A stretch of 64,000 nucleotides of DNA. Source: a virus. The notes beneath the pieces are model-generated. The model was not told the DNA's origin. It ran no database searches and saw only the letters and a list, made by a program, of their open reading frames with translations. Numbering within the stretch: the first letter of the stretch is position 1; every line of letters begins with the position of its first letter. Position numbers and translations under genes: made by a program. Positions 1-10,208 of this stretch are shown here, piece by piece. The stretch spans positions 14,985-78,984 of the IMG/VR virus record IMGVR_UViG_3300042937_001707. One strand, written 5' to 3'.

Positions 1-2
1 CG

Positions 3-881
3 ACATACCTATTTTATAAGAACAGGTATGGTTGGAATTTTAGATCCATACTATCAATATTTAATAATATCCCTAAATTTGAATATAAAAGCCCGTTCAA
101 AAAAAGTAAAAACACTTCTGGGTATTGGTATGGTACTAAGAACCTTTCTCCAAAAGAAGATATGAATTTTGATTTCGACCCCTTTGAGCAGATTATATCA
201 TATCAAATTGTAGATAATCACGACGCAATGGATATGATGCAAAGCGGGATGGTTTCAAATAAACTTATTGCTATTGATTATTTAAGAAGAACTCACGAAG
301 AAAAGGTATTTGATTATGAAAAATACTTTAATAATCATTTGGCAAAAAAAGTTGAAATGTATAAGACCTATAATAAAAACCCTATTCTTAGTAACGCAGA
401 AGATAGATTTAAGAAAAAACATAACGAATATCAACCAGTAGTAAAAATTGCTCCATCAACGACAAACCAAAAAAATAATCCATATATAAAAGAAAGACAG
501 CCAAATATACCTCAAAATTTTGTTGAGAATACCATCCCGTACAGATTTGCTCAATTGGGGTTGATAAATTTCAATAGGTTAAAATTGCTTATATCCGGAG
601 ACCCATATATTGCCGTTGGTAACATAATTTATGTACATTTTCCGCAAGCAAAAGAAGAAAAAGGTACAAAACCTTTGGATAGGTTTTTGAAGGGTAGGTA
701 TTTGGTTTCTGCAGTTAGACAAAGGTTTGATCAAGGTGTTTATGAAACGGTTTTAGAATGCGTAAAAGACGCTTATTGTGGACAAGTAGAAGCGAGAACT
801 AACGTTCAAGGATTAAAACCTTTTGACAATAGTAATAATGTTATAATACAGGTCCGTTCTGATAATTATAAATGGTGGTGA
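3..881 (+). CDS. Baseplate hub protein (gp27-like), 5'-truncated by the window edge
   Basis: The frame of ORF 162..881 is open back to nt 3 (TYLFYKNRYGWNFRSILSIF...). C-terminal ISGDPYIAVGNII...GRYLVSAVRQRF...LECVKD motif; lies directly upstream of gp5. Confidence 0.65.
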   Translation, partial: TYLFYKNRYGWNFRSILSIFNNIPKFEYKSPFKKSKNTSGYWYGTKNLSPKEDMNFDFDPFEQIISYQIVDNHDAMDMMQSGMVSNKLIAIDYLRRTHEEKVFDYEKYFNNHLAKKVEMYKTYNKNPILSNAEDRFKKKHNEYQPVVKIAPSTTNQKNNPYIKERQPNIPQNFVENTIPYRFAQLGLINFNRLKLLISGDPYIAVGNIIYVHFPQAKEEKGTKPLDRFLKGRYLVSAVRQRFDQGVYETVLECVKDAYCGQVEARTNVQGLKPFDNSNNVIIQVRSDNYKWW

Positions 882-884
882 TGC

Positions 885-1652
885 ATGGAAAAAACTAAAA
901 ATTTCCCTGGGATGGATGGGTTTATTTGGTGGACTGGTATAGTAGAAGACCGTAAAGACCCTTTGAAAGTTGGTAGGGTTAGGGTTAGAATTTTTGGTTG
1001 GCATAAAGACGATAAATCAAACGTTCCTTCTGACGGTTTATTATGGGCGCAACCTGTTATGTCGGCAAACGCATACCAAATTTCTCACGTACCAAAGGAA
1101 GGAGAAGTTTTGTTTGGGTTTTTTATGGATGGAGAATACGCGCAAGTACCGTTTTATATGGGGGTAATTCCAAATATACCAGAAATAAGGTATCCTAAGG
1201 AAAAAGGTTTTGCAGACCCAGCAACAGAAGAAGAAATAAAACAAAGACCAAGAACATTGCATTCTGGACAAACGAGATATCCTGGAGACGGAGAATTAAA
1301 TCAGCCAACAATTAGCAGGTCTGCTAGAAACGAAAATATGGATCAAACGCCATATGGTAAGTCTCATGGAGGGAAATATCCATATGTATTTTCAATACAA
1401 ACTGAATCTGGGCATTATTTGGATTTAGACGATACTCCAAACGCGGAAAGGGTTACTTTAATTCATAGAACTGGAAGTTTTATTTCTATAGATTCTGGAG
1501 GAAATATCACCATTTCGGGTAAAAATGTTAATATAATTGCGACTGGTTCCATAAATAATAAAGCTCCTGGCGGCATTAATGAAGATACTCCGAATCACAA
1601 AACTACAGGTACTCACACAGATGCTATTGGTATACACTATAGCGGGGGCTAA
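885..1652 (+). CDS. gp5: Baseplate central spike gp5 (OB-fold plus short beta-helix, no lysozyme domain)
   Basis: WWTGIVEDRKDPLKVGRVRVRIFGWH OB-fold motif; YPYVFSIQTESGHYLDLDDTPNAERVTLIHRTGS; followed by gp25. Confidence 0.9.
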   Translation: MEKTKNFPGMDGFIWWTGIVEDRKDPLKVGRVRVRIFGWHKDDKSNVPSDGLLWAQPVMSANAYQISHVPKEGEVLFGFFMDGEYAQVPFYMGVIPNIPEIRYPKEKGFADPATEEEIKQRPRTLHSGQTRYPGDGELNQPTISRSARNENMDQTPYGKSHGGKYPYVFSIQTESGHYLDLDDTPNAERVTLIHRTGSFISIDSGGNITISGKNVNIIATGSINNKAPGGINEDTPNHKTTGTHTDAIGIHYSGG

Positions 1653-1662
1653 TAAATAATAC

Positions 1663-2055
1663 ATGCAAAATAAAGACATAATATACTCGGACTTAGACCT
1701 AATGTTTAACATACATCCTGTTAAACAAGATTTGGTTATGAGTATAAACGAGAAGGCAGTAATTCGTTCTGTTAGAAATTTGGTTCTTACAAACCATTAC
1801 GAAAGACCGTTTCAATCTGAAATAGGGTCAAACGTTAAGAAAATGTTGTTTGAACCAATTACTTCTCTTACAGAAAATTACATTCAGAGAGAAATTTATA
1901 ATGTTGTAACAACTTTTGAACCCAGAGCAAAAAATGTTTTTGTTCAAGTTAAAGGTTATCCTGACGAAAACGCATTACGAGCAAATATTGTATTTTATAT
2001 AGAAAATTCAACGACACCAGTTGTAGTAGATATGCTTTTAGAAAGATCAAGATAG
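1663..2055 (+). CDS. gp25: Baseplate wedge subunit gp25
   Basis: YSDLDLMF...AVIRSVRNLVLTNHYERPFQSEIGS...FEPR; 130 aa; synteny. Confidence 0.92.
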   Translation: MQNKDIIYSDLDLMFNIHPVKQDLVMSINEKAVIRSVRNLVLTNHYERPFQSEIGSNVKKMLFEPITSLTENYIQREIYNVVTTFEPRAKNVFVQVKGYPDENALRANIVFYIENSTTPVVVDMLLERSR

Positions 2056-2065
2056 GAAAAAATAA

Positions 2066-4153
2066 ATGGCAACCTCTAATTCTAATTTAACTCTTGTGGG
2101 GACAGATTTTGATCAGATCAAAAGTAATTTATTAACTTTCCTTAGAGGTCAAGATGTTCTAAAAGACGCAGATTATACTGGTAGTGTTCTTCAAACTTTA
2201 TTAGACGTTTTAGCGTACAATACCCATTATAATGCCTTCTATTTGAATATGGTTGCTAATGAAATGTTTTTGGATTCTGCCGTTAAAAGAGCTTCCGTAA
2301 TATCGCATTCGAAAATGTTAGGGTATTTTCCAAGATCTGTTGTTGCTCCTACTGCCACAATTAAATTAACCATTACTAATTATGAACTACCGTCTATAAC
2401 TATTCCTAAATTTACAAAATTTATATCAGAGTCTGTTGATGGTGTTAACTACGTTTTTATGACCGATAAAGAATACGTTGTTAATAACGATCCAAATAAT
2501 AACCCTAATACTGCTATAGTAATAGCAGACGTTATAGTAAAACAAGGAGAACCAGTACAGTATACATTCACGTATAATTTAAAAGAAAACCCAAAGGGTA
2601 TATATAAAATACCAGACGCAAATATAGACCTAAGCACACTCCAAGTAATAGTCCAAAAGTCTCGGTTGGATTTTTCTTCTGTTTCTTTTTATACGGGTTC
2701 TACTGAAACTTTGTCCATAACTCCTGAATCAGAAATTTATTTCGTTCAAGAATCTATGGATGGTTTTTATGAAATTTACTTTGGTGATGGAGTTCTTGGT
2801 AAACAATTAGAAAACGGTAATGTTGTAATAGTTTCCTACATAACGTCTGATGGTAGTATTGCAAACGGAGCTAAAGAATTCACTATTGTGGGGGGTAACG
2901 AACAGCTTGCTTCTGGCATCATAAGCGTTGAAACTACTAGTCCAGCCTTTGGAGGCAGAGAAAAAGAATCTATTGAGTCAATAAAATTTATTGCTCCAAA
3001 ATCATACTCGGCGCAAAATAGGGCAGTAACGAATCAAGATTATATGACCCTATTGAATAACAATAATTATGGGTTTATATTTGATTCTGTTAATGTTTGG
3101 GGTGGACAAGAAAATGATCCTCCTGTGTATGGTCAAGTTTTTGTTTCTCTAAAACCACAAGGAGGTTACGCTTTAACAACATCTCAAAAAGAAATTGTGA
3201 AAACAAAGTTGATTAAACCTTTGAATGTAATTACTGTTGAGCCTACTATTATTGATCCAGACTACACATATATTAAATTAGAAATAGATGTAATATATGA
3301 TTCCAGAAAAACTATACTGAGCGTTGGTGAACTTGAATCTAGAATAAGAACTTCCATACAAGAGTTTTCAAGAGAAACTTTAAACTCTTTTAATTCTACA
3401 TTTAGTTACCCGGATTTAATGTTCGCAGTTCAGAACGCTGATAATTCTATCGTGACCAACGAAATAGACGTAACCCTTCAAAAGAAGTTCTTACCAAGTT
3501 TAGAAGTAGCCACAACATATGAATTAGAGTTTGGAAGCGTATTGGAGAGGGGTATATTATTTTCTGGTATAACTTCTTCTCCTTCTATGCAATATTATGA
3601 TAGACAAAATTCTTATGCCGTTATTGATGGGATATACCTTGAAGAATTGCCTTCATATTCTGGGGGTGTTGAATCAATCGATATTGTTAATCCCGGATTT
3701 GGATATAAAACAAACCCTTCAATAAAAATAGTTGGTGATGGGTCTGGCGCTAATGCGTATTCTATAGTTGTTAATGGTTCTTTGAGCAAAATTGTTGTTG
3801 ATAACCCCGGAGCGAATTATTCTCAGGCAATTATTGAAATTGAGGGTGGTGGTGGAAATCTGGGTCAAGCAACAGCAACACTACAAGGTAGGTATGGTAC
3901 TATAAAATCTTATTATTACAATAAGAAAAATATAAAAACTTCTTTTGATGAAAATGTTGGCGTTGTTGATTATTATACTGGAAAAGTAACTCTAACAGAT
4001 TTTAATCCTTTGAATGTGAATAACCCATTGGCACAATTAACTTTGACGGCAAAACCTCAATCTAACATTATAAGTTCCAGTAGAAATAGAATATTAACTA
4101 TAGACCAGTTTGACCCTTCAGCAATAGTGATAAACATCAAAGAGAAATCCTAA
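2066..4153 (+). CDS. gp6: Baseplate wedge subunit gp6
   Basis: DFDQIKSNL, LLDVLAYNTHYNAFYLNMVANEMFLDSA, YEIYFGDGVLGK, AQNRAVTNQDY. Confidence 0.95.
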   Translation: MATSNSNLTLVGTDFDQIKSNLLTFLRGQDVLKDADYTGSVLQTLLDVLAYNTHYNAFYLNMVANEMFLDSAVKRASVISHSKMLGYFPRSVVAPTATIKLTITNYELPSITIPKFTKFISESVDGVNYVFMTDKEYVVNNDPNNNPNTAIVIADVIVKQGEPVQYTFTYNLKENPKGIYKIPDANIDLSTLQVIVQKSRLDFSSVSFYTGSTETLSITPESEIYFVQESMDGFYEIYFGDGVLGKQLENGNVVIVSYITSDGSIANGAKEFTIVGGNEQLASGIISVETTSPAFGGREKESIESIKFIAPKSYSAQNRAVTNQDYMTLLNNNNYGFIFDSVNVWGGQENDPPVYGQVFVSLKPQGGYALTTSQKEIVKTKLIKPLNVITVEPTIIDPDYTYIKLEIDVIYDSRKTILSVGELESRIRTSIQEFSRETLNSFNSTFSYPDLMFAVQNADNSIVTNEIDVTLQKKFLPSLEVATTYELEFGSVLERGILFSGITSSPSMQYYDRQNSYAVIDGIYLEELPSYSGGVESIDIVNPGFGYKTNPSIKIVGDGSGANAYSIVVNGSLSKIVVDNPGANYSQAIIEIEGGGGNLGQATATLQGRYGTIKSYYYNKKNIKTSFDENVGVVDYYTGKVTLTDFNPLNVNNPLAQLTLTAKPQSNIISSSRNRILTIDQFDPSAIVINIKEKS

Positions 4154-7100
4154 TGATAAAAACTTCTCTATTAGTACAACAGCAATTACCTAGTTTCGTT
4201 AGGGAAGATGATAACTATCAGAATTTTGTTGCTTTTATAGAATCTTATTATGAATGGTTAGAACAAGATTCTAATGTATTAAGCGAATCTAAAAAAATAC
4301 AAGAATATATTGATATTGATTCTACCGTTGAAAAATTCGTTGAATATTTTTATTCAACGTTTATGCCAGCATTTCCAAAAGATGTTATTACAGACAAAAG
4401 AAAATTATTAAGGTTCTCAAAAGAACTTTATGAAAATAAAGGAAATAGAGCGGCTTATAAATTTCTATTTAGATGTTTATATAATGTTGATTCTGACGTA
4501 TATGAAACTAAAGAATATGTAGTAAAAGCGTCTGCAGGTAAATGGTTTTTACCTAAATCTGTTAAAATTAAATCCAATGATTCTAGGTGGATCAATGCTG
4601 AAAATTTGTTTATTTTCGGTGATATTTCAAAGTCTTTGGCTAAAATCGAAAGGGCAAAGGTTGTAAACGATAGGGTAGAGATATTCATATCCGACATACA
4701 AAGGTTGTTCCAAACTGGAGAATTTGTAAAAGTAGTTGACGTAAACCTCCAAAACGTTTATTTTGATGTTGAAGGTAATATAGTAGAAGAAGGGGAAATA
4801 TTAGAGGGAAAACTATTAGGAACTATATCTTCAGTTGACGTTAATCGAAATTATAGAGGTAATTATTATTTATCGGGCGACCCGGTCGTTTTTTACGAAG
4901 GATTAGAAGAGGAAACTTCTGATATTGGTGCTGTTGCTGAAGTCGGGGAAGTTACTTTGGGTGCTATACAGCGCGTAAAAGTTGAAGAGGGATCTTATGG
5001 TTATAGAGAACATCCCAACACATTTATTTTTGTAACTCCCGATTCCGGTAAACCTATATTAACGGTTGGTGCTATAAATCCAGCAAATACGTCAAACGTG
5101 ACAATGATGGTTGCGGATTCTTTGGAATTGAAAGAAAATATTCCACTAAATTGCAACGTTTTTACTGGGTTCCCAATAAGCAATACTCTTAATTATAATT
5201 TCTCAAGAACATTAGCAAATTCTTTAATATGTAATGCAAATACGGTTATGGCGAATGCATTTACGTTTAGAGAATTTTCGACGTATTCTATTGATACAGT
5301 TATTGTTCAAAATGGTGGTGGTGGATTTAGAACAATTCCCACCATATCCGCCGAATCAATGTATGAAACGGATTTGCCGTTTGGAATGGGGGATGAATAC
5401 GACCCTAGATACACTCCAGCAGCAAATACGGTAACGTCTATCAAAAATTTTGGTATTCTAGGACCAATCCTTATCAGAACAGACTCTTCTGGTAATAGAA
5501 AACGAGGAGTTGGCTACAAGGTAGGGGACGAAATACTATTTTCTGGTGGTCTTGGTGGAGGGGCTTTTGCAAACGTTACTTCAGTATTATCTGGAGGCGA
5601 AATCAACACCGTTTCTTATTATACGTCCACAAACAACCCTGCCCCTTTAGGCGGGTTTGGATATTCCAACGGAGAATTGCCTTACGTTTACGTTAAACCA
5701 ACGGAAACTTCTGCTAGTATTTCTAGCAATAATGTACTAAGGGTTTCTAGTTCTTTTGTTACTGGAAATGTTTTAGTGGGGCAAACTGTTTCTGGTAATG
5801 GTATTCCTGTTACAACAACCGTTATAAATTCATATTCTAATGGTTGGGTAATATTATCTAATAGCGCGACAGGAACCTATGTATCCAACACTTATTCTTT
5901 TGTTGGAACCGGAGCAGACTTATACGTCAGTACTGTACTTGGCGATGGAGCAAAGCTGGTACCAATTACAGATAGAATTGGTTCAATAACAACAATAAAA
6001 ATTACCAATTTTGGTGAAGATTATATTTCTGCGCCAAAAGTTTCTCTAAAGGTTCAGGATATCGCTGTAAGTAACGTAAGTTTGTTATATGTACCTCAAA
6101 AGGGAGACATAGTATATCAAGGAGCCAATTCTACTAGTTTTACTTATAAGTCGTATGTTGATTCTATTAATAGAATCACGTTTGACGAAAATTCTGAAAC
6201 ATCTACTTATATACTAAGGGTTTATAATTATAATAAACTTCCAAACCCTAACGCAGAATTAACTCTACAAAAAACCAAAATAATAGAACCAAATACATAT
6301 CCAATAACTATAAAAACCGACTATGTTTTCCCTAGAAAATTTTTACCAGACGGAACTTCTCAGATAGTTGGTAAAGACGGTATATTAACTTATGGTGATG
6401 GTACTGCTAAAGCAAATTCTAAATTCTTAAACGGACTGATACTTGGTTCTGGAAGATATATTGATGAATCGCACCAACCAAGTTCTTTTTCTGTTCTGGA
6501 AGATGAAAACTACAATAATTTTACTTATGTCGTTTCTGTTGAAAAAGACATCTCAAAATATAGAGATATTCTATATGAAAGTATGCATCCTTCTGGAACC
6601 AAGGTAATTGGTCAAGCGGTAATAAAGAACGAAGCTAACTCTGAAATAGAATTAAAAGAATCAACTTATGTAAATTATATTGACGATTTTGAATATATAT
6701 GGGCTGCGTTGGCTACTGAAGAAGTTGCCGAAAACGAGTTTAATTCTGAATTAATGCGATTCCCAGAATCAATTTCCAAATATGCAACGCTTGATTCTAA
6801 TAATTCCAATATGTTGCGGTTGTCTACATTCCCCAATATTTCTAAAGACCAAAACATATATGGTGCTGGAATTCTTTGGGACACTAAAATAAAATCTGTT
6901 AATATTGCAAACAGCAGCATAATTTTAACAGAAAACGCTACTGAAAACCAAAACAATACTTTATTGCTGGTTATGGATAATTGGTCTGGATCGGATAATA
7001 AGTACATATTACCGCACCAATTGATTCTATGCAATACTTCTAGTAATAGTAATGTTGTGGTAATAAGAACTTCTTCTAGTAGCAATTTAACGTCTGATTT

Positions 7101-7722
7101 GATTAAAAATCAGATCGTTGTTGGAAATACTACGACTATCTATGCTAACACTGTTAATAACAGTAACATGCTTAAAGGGGTTGAATCTGTCTCCAATATT
7201 GTTATTGGGCAATATATTACCGGAAACAATATTCCTAGCGGAACAAAAGTCTCTCAAATAATTTCTGGTAATAATACCATTGTTATGACCCATAATGCTT
7301 CTGCTAATGCTAACGGATACAGCTATAGCTACTTTGATAAACAGACCGAGACCACTGTTGGCGTATATAAATATAATTATATACAATTCCAGAGCGTTCC
7401 TTACAATACTAGAATAAGTAGAATAATAACGTCGAACAATACTTTATTATTATCAAACAATTGTATAAAAACTTCTATCGATAATGTTTATTATTTCTTG
7501 GGTGATGGTACTAGTAATAGAGACTCTGAAATTCCATCCGAATTCGTAAGGGTAGAATCTGGTCAATTTACTGAAAAATACGGTTCTATTGGTGGTGCGA
7601 GACAAAGACCAGAAGAAAACTATTTTGTATTCAATGACGATTTATTAAGCGAATCTGGAGAACCGCTACTAACAGAAAATAATGTTAACATATCAGCAAC
7701 AATTTACATAAGAATTAAATAG
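4153..7722 (+). CDS. gp7: Baseplate wedge initiator gp7-like protein
   Basis: QLPSFVREDD..FVAFIESYYEWLE, YENKGNRAAYKFLFRCLY, C-terminal YNNFTYVV...MHPSGTK; lies between gp6 and gp8. Confidence 0.8.
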   Translation: MIKTSLLVQQQLPSFVREDDNYQNFVAFIESYYEWLEQDSNVLSESKKIQEYIDIDSTVEKFVEYFYSTFMPAFPKDVITDKRKLLRFSKELYENKGNRAAYKFLFRCLYNVDSDVYETKEYVVKASAGKWFLPKSVKIKSNDSRWINAENLFIFGDISKSLAKIERAKVVNDRVEIFISDIQRLFQTGEFVKVVDVNLQNVYFDVEGNIVEEGEILEGKLLGTISSVDVNRNYRGNYYLSGDPVVFYEGLEEETSDIGAVAEVGEVTLGAIQRVKVEEGSYGYREHPNTFIFVTPDSGKPILTVGAINPANTSNVTMMVADSLELKENIPLNCNVFTGFPISNTLNYNFSRTLANSLICNANTVMANAFTFREFSTYSIDTVIVQNGGGGFRTIPTISAESMYETDLPFGMGDEYDPRYTPAANTVTSIKNFGILGPILIRTDSSGNRKRGVGYKVGDEILFSGGLGGGAFANVTSVLSGGEINTVSYYTSTNNPAPLGGFGYSNGELPYVYVKPTETSASISSNNVLRVSSSFVTGNVLVGQTVSGNGIPVTTTVINSYSNGWVILSNSATGTYVSNTYSFVGTGADLYVSTVLGDGAKLVPITDRIGSITTIKITNFGEDYISAPKVSLKVQDIAVSNVSLLYVPQKGDIVYQGANSTSFTYKSYVDSINRITFDENSETSTYILRVYNYNKLPNPNAELTLQKTKIIEPNTYPITIKTDYVFPRKFLPDGTSQIVGKDGILTYGDGTAKANSKFLNGLILGSGRYIDESHQPSSFSVLEDENYNNFTYVVSVEKDISKYRDILYESMHPSGTKVIGQAVIKNEANSEIELKESTYVNYIDDFEYIWAALATEEVAENEFNSELMRFPESISKYATLDSNNSNMLRLSTFPNISKDQNIYGAGILWDTKIKSVNIANSSIILTENATENQNNTLLLVMDNWSGSDNKYILPHQLILCNTSSNSNVVVIRTSSSSNLTSDLIKNQIVVGNTTTIYANTVNNSNMLKGVESVSNIVIGQYITGNNIPSGTKVSQIISGNNTIVMTHNASANANGYSYSYFDKQTETTVGVYKYNYIQFQSVPYNTRISRIITSNNTLLLSNNCIKTSIDNVYYFLGDGTSNRDSEIPSEFVRVESGQFTEKYGSIGGARQRPEENYFVFNDDLLSESGEPLLTENNVNISATIYIRIK

Positions 7723-7729
7723 GTTTAAT

Positions 7730-9145
7730 ATGGGAATAATAACCAGCAGTTTACCAAATCTAGGTAATCCAACAAGTAATACATTATTAATAGGGGTAAA
7801 CGTTATTAACGAAACCCCAAATAATAGCGTAAAAATAACCGCAGCAAACCTAAAATCGTTTATTGTTGCCGAAGCATTTTTAAAGGCGAATCAATCCTTT
7901 GTAAAAGCTAATGCTTCTTACGATGCATCAAATTCTGCTGCTAATTACGCCAATTCAGCGTTCGTTTATGCCAATTCAGCATATAATTGGGCTAATGCTT
8001 CTTATAATTTCGCAAACACTACGGCAAACACACTCTCTAATACAGAAATAAAATTATCCTCTGTATATAGTTTCTCTAATTCTTTATATGATATCTCAAA
8101 TATAATTTTTGGCGTTGCTAATTCCGGGGTTTCTTTTTCCGCTAATGCGTTTATTCAAGCAAACGCCGCATTTATTCAAGCAAATTCTGCAAATTCTTAT
8201 GCTATAGGGGTAAACGCTAAATTACAACAAATATATGATACAGCAAATTCAGCTTCTATATCTGCACAATTTGCAAACACAAATTCAACTGTAGCTTACG
8301 ATTTAGCGCAAACTGCAATAGGCGATTCTCAAAATGCAAACACAAACGCTTTTACAGCATTGAGTGTTGCAAACAATGCGTTATTTATTGCAGCAAATAC
8401 TGATATAAAATTATCTTCTGCGTATAGTTTGGCAAACAGCACACATGAATCTTTGGTTTCTGAATTAAATCTATATCCTATCGTTAACGCGAAAAGATTT
8501 AATGTTGTTGGTGATGGTGTTACAGACGATACGGTAAATTTGCAAAACGTTATTAATTCTATTCCTTTTGGAACGATCTTTATCCCTTCTGGCTTTTATG
8601 GTGTTACCACTTTGAATATTAATCCTGGTATAAGCATTAAAGGCGACGGAAGTAACTCTTCGATATTTGTAACGTTAGCAAATAATTCTACTGTCCTTAA
8701 ATATACAAAATCCAACACCTCTCTAAGTCCCGATAATATTTCTATATCTAGTATTGGTTTTAGATCTAACGGTACTGTTAATTGTATTCCTATCGGAGTT
8801 TCCGGCAATAGTAGCTCTTTACTTTGTGTTAATGCGAAAATATCAGATATTAAGATTGATGCAGAATTTGGATATTCTTTTTCTAAAGGTGTTGAATTAT
8901 CAAATTGTAAAAATTATATAGTTTCTTCTGTCATTTCAAGTAACTGTAATAATGATGTAGTAATTTCTAATTCTTTTAAAGGGCAGATTGTTAATAGTAT
9001 ATTTGATAGCGATTTGGCTAATAATATCATAGAAACAGGAACAAGTGATAAAAACATTATCTCCAACAATATAACAAGAAAGAGAATAAATATTGTCGGT
9101 CCTAATACCTTGAAAGTTAATAATATAGAAAACGCCTCAGAATAA
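7730..9145 (+). CDS. Tailspike-like protein: Asn-rich heptad coiled coil plus pectate-lyase-like beta-helix
   Basis: Repeating ANSAFVYANSAYNWANASY heptads, then VNAKRFNVVGDGVTDDTVNLQNVIN...IFIPSGFY (Pectate_lyase_3-type cap) and beta-helix-like repeats. Confidence 0.65.
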   Translation: MGIITSSLPNLGNPTSNTLLIGVNVINETPNNSVKITAANLKSFIVAEAFLKANQSFVKANASYDASNSAANYANSAFVYANSAYNWANASYNFANTTANTLSNTEIKLSSVYSFSNSLYDISNIIFGVANSGVSFSANAFIQANAAFIQANSANSYAIGVNAKLQQIYDTANSASISAQFANTNSTVAYDLAQTAIGDSQNANTNAFTALSVANNALFIAANTDIKLSSAYSLANSTHESLVSELNLYPIVNAKRFNVVGDGVTDDTVNLQNVINSIPFGTIFIPSGFYGVTTLNINPGISIKGDGSNSSIFVTLANNSTVLKYTKSNTSLSPDNISISSIGFRSNGTVNCIPIGVSGNSSSLLCVNAKISDIKIDAEFGYSFSKGVELSNCKNYIVSSVISSNCNNDVVISNSFKGQIVNSIFDSDLANNIIETGTSDKNIISNNITRKRINIVGPNTLKVNNIENASE

Positions 9146-9155
9146 AGGTAAATAA

Positions 9156-10208
9156 ATGTCTACACCTATCATAAGAATTTCTCAACTTCCGCCAGAAACA
9201 GAAAGAACTATGGCTGGCAATCCAAGTAATACTTGGTTCGCCATAGTTAATGTTAACGAGATGAAAACCAAAAGGCTTTCTCTAGACGCTTTATTAAAAT
9301 ATCTTTCAGAATATTTTGGAGATCCCCTACCTTTTCCATACCTTAAATTTCAAACTGAGGGTGGACTAAAAGCCAACGGGTCTTCTATAGCGACTGCTAA
9401 TTTGGGTGATGTTCTTTTAATCAGCGATACAACAACATTTAATCACTCAAATGCTTCCTACAATACAGCTAATTCTGCTTCAATTTATGCAAACGGTGCG
9501 TTTTCTAGAGCAAATGTTGCCAGACAACACGCAAACGTTGCATATAATCACGCTAATTCTGCCTTTAATAAAGCAAATTCGGCTATTTCTTTGTTTTCAT
9601 CTGGTGGAGTTTCTTTGCTATCTTCTAATCCAGATAACACCAAATTATCTTTGGGGCAAAGTTTATCGGTTTCTGTTTCGCCTATAGCATTGACGGCAAC
9701 AAACGGTATAACTATAGACGGCGGTCTTAATAAATCTTTATCCCTTGGCCAACCTTTGACTATAGGAGCCAACCCAATAACTATCAATACGTTAAATGGT
9801 ATTACTGGTGGAAAACAATTGAGGTTGGGAGAATCTATAACGCTTGACGGGGCTTTTATATATAATCACGCAAATTCTTCTTATAATTATGCAAATAATT
9901 GTATAATAAAACCAGCAATTAATTATGTCACAAGCTCTCAAAATAATTTAGTAACCATTGCTAACAATAGATATATAATTTTAGGTGATGTCAATAGTAA
10001 TATTCACGTAAAACTTCCTGCTGGAGTTCCTAAAGAAAATACATTCATATACTTTACTAATATGTCTCCATCTAAGAATAATACCATTCAGTATAATGGT
10101 ACGAGAATACACGGTCTTGCTCCAAACGAACATTTAAAAATAGACGTACCAAACGTTTCTATAACAATGTGTTATATAGATTCTACTAGAGGTTGGGTAA
10201 TAGTATAA
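9156..10208 (+). CDS. Baseplate/fibre-associated structural protein
   Basis: N-terminal RISQLP, AN-heptads, and a C-terminal VKLPAG...NGTRIHG...YIDSTRGW domain resembling gp9/gp10-type beta domains. Confidence 0.5.
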   Translation: MSTPIIRISQLPPETERTMAGNPSNTWFAIVNVNEMKTKRLSLDALLKYLSEYFGDPLPFPYLKFQTEGGLKANGSSIATANLGDVLLISDTTTFNHSNASYNTANSASIYANGAFSRANVARQHANVAYNHANSAFNKANSAISLFSSGGVSLLSSNPDNTKLSLGQSLSVSVSPIALTATNGITIDGGLNKSLSLGQPLTIGANPITINTLNGITGGKQLRLGESITLDGAFIYNHANSSYNYANNCIIKPAINYVTSSQNNLVTIANNRYIILGDVNSNIHVKLPAGVPKENTFIYFTNMSPSKNNTIQYNGTRIHGLAPNEHLKIDVPNVSITMCYIDSTRGWVIV

